Shown one piece after another: positions 10,010-18,154 of a stretch of DNA of 64,000 bases (the stretch's first letter is position 1; the number at the start of each line of letters is the position of its first letter). The stretch is from Oligoflexia bacterium. GTDB lineage: Bacteria > Bdellovibrionota_C > UBA2361 > SZUA-149 > DAOLCO01. The stretch is from contig DAOLCO010000015.1 in assembly GCA_035327825.1 (NCBI GenBank), positions 586-64,585 on the forward strand, read 5' to 3'. Below the pieces are notes generated by a model, which was not told where the DNA came from, did not search any database, and saw only the letters and a list, made by a program, of their open reading frames with translations. Made by a program: the position numbers and the translations under genes.

Positions 10010-10651
10010 CTAATTATTTTGCCTGCACTGCGCAAATACAAATAACTGCCAGGCATCAGCTGTAGGGCTAGTTTCATAAGCAGTAATTCTATACCCATTT
10101 GAAAGAGGGATAACCCCAGAAAAAGTAATAGCAACAGGTCCAGTAAATGGTATCCCCAAGCCCTCAGTAGCACCACCAAAACCTCCAATAACCGTAGTTC
10201 CAACAGGGCAGTTAATCAGGGCAGTTTTAGGTGAAGTAGAATCAGAATCAGAAAGTGTGCTTACTAGAGTTATTGCACCTCCACTTGAAGGGCCTTGAGG
10301 ACCAGTAGCTCCTTGCGGGCCTGCAGGACCCTGTGGCCCAGTAGCTCCCTGTGGCCCAGTAGCTCCCTGCGGACCGACTTCTCCCTGTGGCCCAACTGGA
10401 CCTGGAATTCCCTGAAATCCCTGAGGACCCTGGGGTCCGGTTTCTCCCTTAACGACAGAAGTCGAAACAACAAAATCCCTCAGGATTTTTGCATGATCAC
10501 GCGGACAAGGAGCACCATTGGGAACAACCCTACTGGCGTTCACAATTTTTCCTGCTTTATTCCTTGATGACTTAAGACACAAATCTTCCGCAAAGCATAT
10601 ATCTGTAAATATCAGAGTCATTATTATTAAAAGCGAACGAATGGTCAGCAT
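10010..10651 (-). CDS. collagen-like triple-helix-repeat protein, secreted
   Basis: Start taken at [21 protein letters not shown] (signal peptide). A central uninterrupted GXY tract ([53 protein letters not shown]) is followed by a globular C-terminal domain. Confidence 0.7.
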   Translation of the reverse strand: MLTIRSLLIIMTLIFTDICFAEDLCLKSSRNKAGKIVNASRVVPNGAPCPRDHAKILRDFVVSTSVVKGETGPQGPQGFQGIPGPVGPQGEVGPQGATGPQGATGPQGPAGPQGATGPQGPSSGGAITLVSTLSDSDSTSPKTALINCPVGTTVIGGFGGATEGLGIPFTGPVAITFSGVIPLSNGYRITAYETSPTADAWQLFVFAQCRQNN

Positions 10652-10824
10652 GGTAATCACTCCCTGAAAAAACAAATGAACAAAATTTAATTGAATAAAA
10701 AATTATACTCCCGGCAAACTAAACAGGCGGTGTATCACAAGAATGGGATTAGCAATACTACCCACCAAAAAAAGAAAAAAAAGCAGCAAAAACGCTAGCT
10801 TATAAAACATGAACACTAAACAGA

Positions 10825-12069
10825 TCACCCAATTTGTCCAAGATCCTTAATCCTTTGAAGTGCTTCCTCTACCTGCTCAGCCAGATTAAAAGATGAAAAC
10901 CTGACATACCCCTCCCCACATTTCCCAAAACCTGCACCTGGAGTACAGACTACTCCTGCCTGATTCAATAATCGGTCAAAAAACTTCCATGAATCTTCCC
11001 TTGCATCTACCCAGACATATGGAGAATTTATTCCACCAGTACAAGAGTAACCCATTTCCTGAAGAGACGTCCTGATATTTTTTGCATTATTAAGATAGTA
11101 TTTAACAAGTTCACTTGTCTCCTTTTTCCCTTCTTCAGAATATATTGCCTCAGCTGCACGTTGAACTGGATAAGATACTCCATTAAATTTTGTAGACTGT
11201 CTTCGAAACCAAAGTGCGTGCAGGGAATGAGCTCCGCCTCGCTTGTCATAAACCATACATTCTTTTGGAATCACGACAAAAGCACACCGAGTTCCAGTAA
11301 AACCAGCATTTTTGGAAAAACTCCTGAACTCAACGGCAACTTCACGAGCACCAGGAACTTCAAAAATACTTCTGGGAAGTTCACTTCCATCTGAATCTGG
11401 TTCATAAATAAATGCCGAATATGCAGCATCAAACAGAAGAACAGACTTGTGCTTTTTTGCATACTCCACCCAAGCTACCAGTTCCGACCTTGTAAAAACA
11501 GCTCCTGTTGGATTATTAGGCGAACATAAATAGACGACATCAAGAACCCGCTCCGGAGGCACAGGAAGAAAACCGGTACTAGGTCCCGTTTCAAGATAAT
11601 GAACGCCATGATAGCGACCATCTTCAAAAACAGTACCCCTGCCTGCCATCACATTACTATCAAGATACACAGGATATACAGGATCAGGAATTCCTACTCT
11701 TGAATCAGCAGCAAAAAGCTCCTGAAAGTTTCCAGAGTCGCACTTGGACCCATCACTTACAAAGATTTCATCTGGGGAAACATTCACACCCAGATCCTGG
11801 TAATCATTCTTGGCTATTACCTCTCTAAGAAAGTCATAACCCTGCTCTGGGCCATAACCACGAAAAGTTTCCCTGGCTCCAAGTTCATCAGTAGCCTTAT
11901 GAAGTGCGGAACGACAAACAGCCGGAAGGGGCAACGTAACATCTCCTATTCCAAGGCGAATAATTTTCTTATCAGGGTTGTCCGACTGAAATTGCTTTAA
12001 TCGTTTGGCTATATCAGAAAAAAGATATGAAGCTTTTAGATTTAAAAAAGATTCGTTAAGATTTGCCAT
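10825..12069 (-). CDS. dapL: LL-diaminopimelate aminotransferase (DapL-type PLP aminotransferase)
   Basis: 414 aa. N-terminus MANLNESFLNLKASYLFSDIAKR.. and overall class I/II aminotransferase signature match DapL, including the conserved ..SFSKNAGFTGTRC.. lysine region. Confidence 0.85.
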   Translation of the reverse strand: MANLNESFLNLKASYLFSDIAKRLKQFQSDNPDKKIIRLGIGDVTLPLPAVCRSALHKATDELGARETFRGYGPEQGYDFLREVIAKNDYQDLGVNVSPDEIFVSDGSKCDSGNFQELFAADSRVGIPDPVYPVYLDSNVMAGRGTVFEDGRYHGVHYLETGPSTGFLPVPPERVLDVVYLCSPNNPTGAVFTRSELVAWVEYAKKHKSVLLFDAAYSAFIYEPDSDGSELPRSIFEVPGAREVAVEFRSFSKNAGFTGTRCAFVVIPKECMVYDKRGGAHSLHALWFRRQSTKFNGVSYPVQRAAEAIYSEEGKKETSELVKYYLNNAKNIRTSLQEMGYSCTGGINSPYVWVDAREDSWKFFDRLLNQAGVVCTPGAGFGKCGEGYVRFSSFNLAEQVEEALQRIKDLGQIG

Positions 12070-12128
12070 ATCAACCTGCCCGTTTATTAATGATGCGGGC
12101 TGGATTCTATCAAATCCAATCTATCAAC

Positions 12129-13196
12129 TCAAGCTTTAAGGGCTTCACTGATCATGGTTTCGGCGATATTTTCCCATGAAACTGAATGATCCAAATTTCT
12201 CGCATTCGAAACATACTTATCGTATAATTCAGGATTATCTCTTAAATTCAAAAAGGCATTAGCAATCTCACCACACTCAGGTTTAACTATTATTCCGGTT
12301 TTAAATTTTCTCACTACATCATTCACATATCCACTATCATTTGTTGTGACCAGTGGCTTACCGCTTTTGGCAGACTCAAATGTCACAAATCCATAATCTT
12401 CGTCATAGGGACCATAATAAACAGCTAAGCAATCAGCATAAAGCTTTAAAAGCTCTTCTTCCGAAACCCTTCCAAGAAATTCAACGCGATTAGTAAGATC
12501 ATGCTTCCTGATCTCGCTTAGCAGATAGGATTCATAATTGGGCTCATCAGGAAGCCCTACGATCTTGAGCTTTATCTCTAGGGGCAAATGTGGCAACGCG
12601 CCAATTATCAGATCAGTTCTTTTGGCACTACAAAGTCGCCCAACGCTTAATATATAGGAACCCTTAATACCCTCATAAAATCTGGACGCAACAGGAACCG
12701 GAGGCTCGAGTGGTGAGGAGTTAAGGTTGTTAAAATCGAAAAGGCGCTTTGAAACATTATCAGAAATTGTAAATATTTTTTTTGCTTCAGATAGAACTTT
12801 GGTGTCTCCATTAATAATTACAGAACGAATTCCTTCGTCAACTGGATTACTTGCAAAGTCTCCATAACGACTACCTACCAATTCATATGCCTGTCTATGC
12901 TGATGGATAAGCCACACAATCTTGCACGAATGACGCGCATAATATGTTGGAAACTTACCAGCAATAACAATGTCTATCTTTCTACCTGAAACTTTCTCAA
13001 GCGAAAGAGACCTCCACCAGCTCATCTGAGCAAGTAGATTAGATTTTGGTTCAGCTGAAAATGGAATGCTCAGGATATCAGAATCGTGACCAAGTCCAAT
13101 AAATGTCTGATTTAAGCGCTCAAAAAGGGATTCAGCTCCACCACTCGAGAAAGGCACTTGTGATTGTAACAAAAGAATTGTTAATTTATTCTTCAA
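12129..13196 (-). CDS. glycosyltransferase, GT4-like (GT-B fold)
   Basis: 355 aa. The C-terminal EX7E-like region (..EEELLKLYADCLAVYYGPYDEDYGFVTFESAKSGKPLVTTNDSG..) is typical of GT4 retaining glycosyltransferases. Confidence 0.75.
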   Translation of the reverse strand: MKNKLTILLLQSQVPFSSGGAESLFERLNQTFIGLGHDSDILSIPFSAEPKSNLLAQMSWWRSLSLEKVSGRKIDIVIAGKFPTYYARHSCKIVWLIHQHRQAYELVGSRYGDFASNPVDEGIRSVIINGDTKVLSEAKKIFTISDNVSKRLFDFNNLNSSPLEPPVPVASRFYEGIKGSYILSVGRLCSAKRTDLIIGALPHLPLEIKLKIVGLPDEPNYESYLLSEIRKHDLTNRVEFLGRVSEEELLKLYADCLAVYYGPYDEDYGFVTFESAKSGKPLVTTNDSGYVNDVVRKFKTGIIVKPECGEIANAFLNLRDNPELYDKYVSNARNLDHSVSWENIAETMISEALKA

Positions 13197-13243
13197 CTCT
13201 AATTATCGTAAGACGCTCCCTCATATGACCAATACCTGGATAA

Positions 13244-13897
13244 TCAGTTTTTAAATTCAGATGGAAAAACTTCGATTAAACGACGCTCGATTACATGAAT
13301 TCTCTCTCTGATTTGCTTTATCTCCGATTCAATACCACCGCTAATTCTTTTCCCAATCTCATCACGTGAGGCGACAAGCAGCGCATCATAACGTCTCTCC
13401 AGATTTACCGTTTCGGAATCAAGTTTTCGAACTGTGTCCCAGAATATTTTCTGATCGCGGTGATCTATATACTGAGCAGTTATATTACAAAATCGAACCA
13501 TATTCATTACGAACTCCCGCTCCTGAGATAAGTAGTCAGAAAATATGGAATTAAAAAGAAATCTCTGTATCCTTTTTTTTATTAAACTTATAATTGAACC
13601 TGTAAATTTTCGGTGGGACGGAAATTCAGATGGACGACTCCACTCAGCCCAATGCTTGTTCAGGTACCTGAGCTCATCAGAATGCACTACTGGCATAATT
13701 TCAGAACCCGGTGGTTGTAGAGCACCGACCGGTCTTTGTCTGGTATGTAAAGTATCTTCAAGCTCAAGCTCTTTAATAATAGAGCTTTTTACCGAATTTA
13801 AATGAGATTTAAGCTGAGTCATGAATTGCCTGCCATGATTAGAAAACAAAACCATGGTATAGCAAAAAAGCCTGGGCATGACACCTTTCAGTAACAT
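13244..13897 (-). CDS. hypothetical soluble protein, co-directional with and 47 nt upstream of the GT4 gene
   Basis: The ORF track starts at a GTG (13915); the first in-frame ATG is at 13895-13897 (MLLKGVMPRL..). No recognisable domain. A CTAAGGGGGCA motif lies 35-45 nt upstream. Confidence 0.45.
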   Translation of the reverse strand: MLLKGVMPRLFCYTMVLFSNHGRQFMTQLKSHLNSVKSSIIKELELEDTLHTRQRPVGALQPPGSEIMPVVHSDELRYLNKHWAEWSRPSEFPSHRKFTGSIISLIKKRIQRFLFNSIFSDYLSQEREFVMNMVRFCNITAQYIDHRDQKIFWDTVRKLDSETVNLERRYDALLVASRDEIGKRISGGIESEIKQIRERIHVIERRLIEVFPSEFKN

Positions 13898-14000
13898 ACC
13901 CAGGCTGCGGATCACGGCTCTTGGGAGATCACTAAGGGGGCACCGCGTCCGTGCGTTGCAAATGCCCCCATAAATCCTATACTGCCACCAGTCTAGTCAA

Positions 14001-14861
14001 TTATCCGATCAGGGATAGTGCCAGAGCTGGCTGCTGGTTAGCCTGGGCAAGTACTGCCGCACCTGCCTGTTGTAGAATGTTAAGTCGTGTCAGATTTGCC
14101 GCTTCCTCTGCCACATCCACATCTCTTATCTGACTTTCAGCTGCTTTAAAATTTTCCCTTGCCACTGAAAGATTTGTTATTGCTACTGACAGACGACTTT
14201 CCGCTGCACCCAAAGTACCACGACTTGTGGTAAGTGAGCCAATCGCCAACTTAACCGCATCAAGTGATGACCTGGCCGCCGCTTGAGCAGTTGCAGTTGT
14301 TGAATCGTTCAATGAAAAGATTAACGTCTTTGATCCTTTCTGTGCCAGACCTATCGCCTCAAGAGTCCCATCTACACCATTAAAGGTAATCTGTGAGTTA
14401 GCGGATGCATCCAGCCCAACCTGAAGATTAACAGACGCTCCACCAGAAAGCAGAAGCAAATCGTTAAAAACAGTAGTCTCTGCAATTCGCTGAATTTCTG
14501 ATGCAAGCGCTGCAAACTCCTGACCAAGAGCGGATCTTTGAGGGGACCCAAGAGTACCGTTCGCTGCCTGTTCTGCAAGTTCGGCCATTCTTGTTAAAAC
14601 CGAACTCATCTGATCTAATGCCCCATCTGCGATACTTACCAGCGATATTCCATCGTTAGCATTTCGAATTGCTACTGATGCGATCCTGCCATCAGCTCGA
14701 AGTGCATCTGCGATAGCAAGACCGGCTGCATCGTCTCGCGCTCGAACAATTCTTAATCCAGACGACAATCTTTCAAAAGACTGTCTAAGATCACCCGTTG
14801 AAGCACCAAGACGCCGCTGAGCGTTTAGTGCCGCTATATTTGTATTTACTGTTATTGCCAT
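14001..14861 (-). CDS. flagellin (copy 1, divergent)
   Basis: 286 aa. N-terminus MAITVNTNIAALNAQRRLGAS..LSSGLRI..ARDDAAGLAIAD and C-terminus ..RDVDVAEEAANLTRLNILQQAGAAVLAQANQQP are the conserved flagellin N and C helical domains. There is no central hypervariable insert. Confidence 0.93.
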   Translation of the reverse strand: MAITVNTNIAALNAQRRLGASTGDLRQSFERLSSGLRIVRARDDAAGLAIADALRADGRIASVAIRNANDGISLVSIADGALDQMSSVLTRMAELAEQAANGTLGSPQRSALGQEFAALASEIQRIAETTVFNDLLLLSGGASVNLQVGLDASANSQITFNGVDGTLEAIGLAQKGSKTLIFSLNDSTTATAQAAARSSLDAVKLAIGSLTTSRGTLGAAESRLSVAITNLSVARENFKAAESQIRDVDVAEEAANLTRLNILQQAGAAVLAQANQQPALALSLIG

Positions 14862-15113
14862 GACTATTCCTCCCTGAACATTATTCCATAATAGATATTT
14901 TCGCGGCCGTGTATCGCAAAAACATCATCTCTAGGTTACCAGCATCGGAGACACCAGCAACATCCAGACAAACCACCATGGTTATGCCTGCTACTTCAAT
15001 ACTGCATTTACTAAATTTGAAGATGACTCAATTCGGTTCATCTTCGAGATACGTCTTAACAACGTCTTTTGGTAGGTGCCTCATCCGCCACACTCTCCCG
15101 CCACACAAACAGG

Positions 15114-15141
15114 ATATCGACCCGACTAATGCGGAGCTTTA
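15114..15141 (-). promoter_or_regulatory. sigma-28-like promoter upstream of flagellin copy 1
   Basis: Minus-strand sense reads TAAAGCTC-N12-GTCGATAT, about 255 nt upstream of the ATG. Confidence 0.35.
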
Positions 15142-15162
15142 GAACTTTTTTTGAATATAAGG

Positions 15163-15206
15163 ATTTTTTTTAAATAAGGTGTGAGGAAATTAATTTCCTC
15201 ACACCT
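15163..15206 (-). terminator. stem-loop terminator candidate 17 nt downstream of the flagellin copy 2 stop
   Basis: Perfect 11-bp stem AGGTGTGAGGA (15177-15187) / TCCTCACACCT (15196-15206) with loop AATTAATT. The minus-strand 3' flank UAUUUAAAAAAAAU is an imperfect U-tract. The plus-strand flank is UUUUAAAU. Confidence 0.45.
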
Positions 15207-15223
15207 TTTAAATACTTACCGAA

Positions 15224-16078
15224 TTATCCCAGAAGAGCTAGGGCTAGTGATGGCTGCTGATTAGCCTGAGCTAATACTGCCGCACCTGCCTGCTGCAAGA
15301 TATTCAGACGGGTAAGGCGAGCAGCTTCTTCTGCCACGTCTACATCCCGAATCTGGCTTTCTGCAGAAGCAAAATTCTCTCGTGCCACCTGCAGATTATT
15401 AATAGCCACATTCAATCGGCTTTCTGCAGCACCCAGAGTACCTCTGTTTGCAGTTAGTGATCCAATCGCTGTTTTTACTGCATCAAGTGCACTAAGTGCT
15501 GCCTGTTGACCACCAACAGCCGCGTTTAGCGAAAATGACAAGGCTTTTTCACCAGTTTTTGCAAGCCCAAGAGACTCAAGAGTTCCATTAACTCCAGAGA
15601 ACTGGATTTGCGAATTATTGGAAGAATCAAAACCTACCTGTAGCGAAATTGAGGCACTTCCAGACAAAAGCTGAAGGCCGTTAAATGATGTAGTTTCTGA
15701 TATTCGACTTATTTCCGAGCCCAGCGCTCTAAACTCCTGTTCAAGTGCGGATCTCTGCGTAGAGGACAACGTTCCGTTAGCTGATTGCTCGGATAACTCC
15801 GCCATTCGCTGCAAAACATTACCAATTTCATTAAGCGCACCATCTGCTATACTTATAAGAGATATTCCATCGTTAGCGTTTCTTATCGCTACCGATGCAA
15901 CTCTTTGATCCGCTCTTAAAGTATCTGCAATTGCAAGACCAGATGCATCATCTCTCGCGCGTATAATACGCAATCCAGATGAAAGTCTCTCAAATGTCTG
16001 TCTTAGCTCGCTCGTAGATGCTCCCAGCCTTCGCTGAGCGTTGAGCGCTGCAATATTCGTATTAATCGTAAGGGCCAT
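15224..16078 (-). CDS. flagellin (copy 2)
   Basis: 284 aa with flagellin N/C domains. The RBS is AAGGAGG. Identical to copy 3 except for the last 8 residues. Confidence 0.93.
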   Translation of the reverse strand: MALTINTNIAALNAQRRLGASTSELRQTFERLSSGLRIIRARDDASGLAIADTLRADQRVASVAIRNANDGISLISIADGALNEIGNVLQRMAELSEQSANGTLSSTQRSALEQEFRALGSEISRISETTSFNGLQLLSGSASISLQVGFDSSNNSQIQFSGVNGTLESLGLAKTGEKALSFSLNAAVGGQQAALSALDAVKTAIGSLTANRGTLGAAESRLNVAINNLQVARENFASAESQIRDVDVAEEAARLTRLNILQQAGAAVLAQANQQPSLALALLG

Positions 16079-16080
16079 AG
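15252..16080. repeat. direct repeat (copy A) of about 829 bp, the flagellin copy 2 coding region
   Basis: Near-identical to 16379-17207. One synonymous mismatch was seen while reading (CTGCTGCAAG vs CTGTTGCAAG). Identity ends exactly at the start codon and about 25 nt before the stop. Confidence 0.85.
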
Positions 16081-16237
16081 TTTTCCTCCTTGAAACTATT
16101 GCCTCCTAGCGTTACAACCCGACACATCCAATATGCCGTTCCACTCCTCCCCAACACTACACTAAGGGGCACTGCATTAACTCCATTTAATAAAAGCACA
16201 CGTTGAACTTAACTCCCTCGTGTGCACTTAAAAGGTA

Positions 16238-16265
16238 CATCGGATTGATATTAAGATTACTTTAG
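16238..16265 (-). promoter_or_regulatory. sigma-28-like promoter upstream of flagellin copy 2
   Basis: Minus-strand sense reads TAAAGTAA-N12-TCCGATGT, about 160 nt upstream of the ATG. Confidence 0.4.
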
Positions 16266-16280
16266 GGATTTGTTAAAAAA

Positions 16281-16334
16281 CTTTTTTATAAAAAAGTGAG
16301 GCATTGACCCTGGATATTGATCGGGATCAATGCC
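16281..16334 (-). terminator. rho-independent terminator of flagellin copy 3
   Basis: Inverted repeat GGCATTGACCC (16300-16310) / GGGATCAATGCC (16323-16334), followed on the minus strand by UCACUUUUUUAUAAAAAAG. Confidence 0.6.
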
Positions 16335-16350
16335 TTTATAAGCCGAATAG

Positions 16351-17205
16351 CTAGTTTAGAAGGGCAAGAGCAAGGGCCGGCTGCTGATTAGCCTGAGCTA
16401 ATACTGCCGCACCTGCCTGTTGCAAGATATTCAGACGGGTAAGGCGAGCAGCTTCTTCTGCCACGTCTACATCCCGAATCTGGCTTTCTGCAGAAGCAAA
16501 ATTCTCTCGTGCCACCTGCAGATTATTAATAGCCACATTCAATCGGCTTTCTGCAGCACCCAGAGTACCTCTGTTTGCAGTTAGTGATCCAATCGCTGTT
16601 TTTACTGCATCAAGTGCACTAAGTGCTGCCTGTTGACCACCAACAGCCGCGTTTAGCGAAAATGACAAGGCTTTTTCACCAGTTTTTGCAAGCCCAAGAG
16701 ACTCAAGAGTTCCATTAACTCCAGAGAACTGGATTTGCGAATTATTGGAAGAATCAAAACCTACCTGTAGCGAAATTGAGGCACTTCCAGACAAAAGCTG
16801 AAGGCCGTTAAATGATGTAGTTTCTGATATTCGACTTATTTCCGAGCCCAGCGCTCTAAACTCCTGTTCAAGTGCGGATCTCTGCGTAGAGGACAACGTT
16901 CCGTTAGCTGATTGCTCGGATAACTCCGCCATTCGCTGCAAAACATTACCAATTTCATTAAGCGCACCATCTGCTATACTTATAAGAGATATTCCATCGT
17001 TAGCGTTTCTTATCGCTACCGATGCAACTCTTTGATCCGCTCTTAAAGTATCTGCAATTGCAAGACCAGATGCATCATCTCTCGCGCGTATAATACGCAA
17101 TCCAGATGAAAGTCTCTCAAATGTCTGTCTTAGCTCGCTCGTAGATGCTCCCAGCCTTCGCTGAGCGTTGAGCGCTGCAATATTCGTATTAATCGTAAGG
17201 GCCAT
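16351..17205 (-). CDS. flagellin (copy 3)
   Basis: 284 aa. Coding DNA is about 99% identical to copy 2 over about 829 bp. Confidence 0.93.
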   Translation of the reverse strand: MALTINTNIAALNAQRRLGASTSELRQTFERLSSGLRIIRARDDASGLAIADTLRADQRVASVAIRNANDGISLISIADGALNEIGNVLQRMAELSEQSANGTLSSTQRSALEQEFRALGSEISRISETTSFNGLQLLSGSASISLQVGFDSSNNSQIQFSGVNGTLESLGLAKTGEKALSFSLNAAVGGQQAALSALDAVKTAIGSLTANRGTLGAAESRLNVAINNLQVARENFASAESQIRDVDVAEEAARLTRLNILQQAGAAVLAQANQQPALALALLN

Positions 17206-17207
17206 AG
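16379..17207. repeat. direct repeat (copy B) of about 829 bp, the flagellin copy 3 coding region
   Basis: See copy A. Confidence 0.85.
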
Positions 17208-17435
17208 CTCACTCCTTGAAGCTATGCCACTTAGCAAACTTTCAAACCACCCGATCTCTAATTAACTGCCTTAAGATCCGATAACTTGCCGCATCAATAT
17301 ACCCAAATGTTTTAATAATTTGGAAATAAATGCACAAAAATTCGACCCGATCCCTGGCCCTTAACCTCAACAACTATGCTAAGGGGCATTCCATAAACAT
17401 TACTAAAACGGCAATCATTTGCCGCACTGAAAAAC

Positions 17436-17463
17436 TAATCGGCTCTTATTCAGAAAAGCTTTA
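17436..17463 (-). promoter_or_regulatory. sigma-28 (FliA)-like promoter upstream of flagellin copy 3
   Basis: Minus-strand sense reads TAAAGCTT-N12-GCCGATTA (consensus TAAAGTTT-N11-GCCGATAA), about 235 nt upstream of the ATG. Confidence 0.45.
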
Positions 17464-17558
17464 ACAAAAAACAAACGGGAATTCAAAATTAATTGACAAA
17501 CTATATTGAAAACAAACCGGCCCCCTAACATAAACGAAAAAATGCACTAAAGAAAAAA

Positions 17559-17592
17559 GGCGCTAAAAAAGGCGCTGTAGAAGCGCCTTTTT
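17559..17592. terminator. bidirectional rho-independent terminator downstream of the HU gene
   Basis: Stem GGCGCT/AGCGCC (17571-17576 / 17582-17587) with a 5-nt loop. T5 follows on the plus strand and T6 on the minus strand. It lies 30 nt past the HU stop. Confidence 0.65.
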
Positions 17593-17621
17593 AAAGCCAA
17601 CATTGTATAAAACAAAAACTC

Positions 17622-17960
17622 TTAAAGTACTGCTTCCTTTAGAGCCTTGCTTGGAGTAAGTCTGACTTTTCTCTTTGCTTTTATTTTAATCAACTCTCCA
17701 GTAGCAGGATTACGTCCCATTCGGGCTTTAGTTTGACGTACCTGCAGCTTTCCAATCCCTGGAAGTGGAAGCTTATAACCCTTTTTTAAGGCTGCATGGA
17801 CCATACCTGCAAAACCATCAAAAACGATCTTGGCCTGCTTTTTGTTCTCCAGTCCACAAGATTCATATAAAGCCACAAGAAGCTCTCCCTGAGTATACTG
17901 AACTCCGTTTTTTGGTTTGGTAACTTTAGCCGCCTTTGCAGCAGGTTTTGCTTTACTCAT
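17622..17960 (-). CDS. HU/IHF-family DNA-binding protein with a lysine/alanine-rich N-terminal tail
   Basis: 112 aa. N-terminal MSKAKPAAKAAKVTKPK.. (histone H1-like) is followed by an HU fold (..GELIKIKAKRKVRLTPSKALKEAV). Confidence 0.8.
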   Translation of the reverse strand: MSKAKPAAKAAKVTKPKNGVQYTQGELLVALYESCGLENKKQAKIVFDGFAGMVHAALKKGYKLPLPGIGKLQVRQTKARMGRNPATGELIKIKAKRKVRLTPSKALKEAVL

Positions 17961-18154
17961 AGATTCTATTCTCCATTAACAATAATAAAAAATGTTTTGA
18001 GATATGTTGGAATTTCCGGAAAACTCCAGAGCCAATCATATATCAATTTAAACTACTATATGGGTTTAGATCAGATAAGCAAGAAAATAAAGGAAAAAAT
18101 GAAGGAATCTTTCCTTTTTTCATACCCCCAGGCAACTTTAGTAGGTGGAAATGC

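Noticed and set aside
13920-13990. Sigma-54 (-24/-12) promoter upstream of ORF13244, given GGGGGCA...TTTGCAA words
   Set aside because: The GG and GC elements are about 5 nt apart instead of the required 10, and the orientation does not fit the TGGCAC-N5-TTGC geometry.
14909-15142. 77-aa plus-strand ORF between flagellin copies 1 and 2
   Set aside because: No RBS or domain. It overlaps the predicted sigma-28 promoter and leader of flagellin copy 1 on the opposite strand. Likely spurious.
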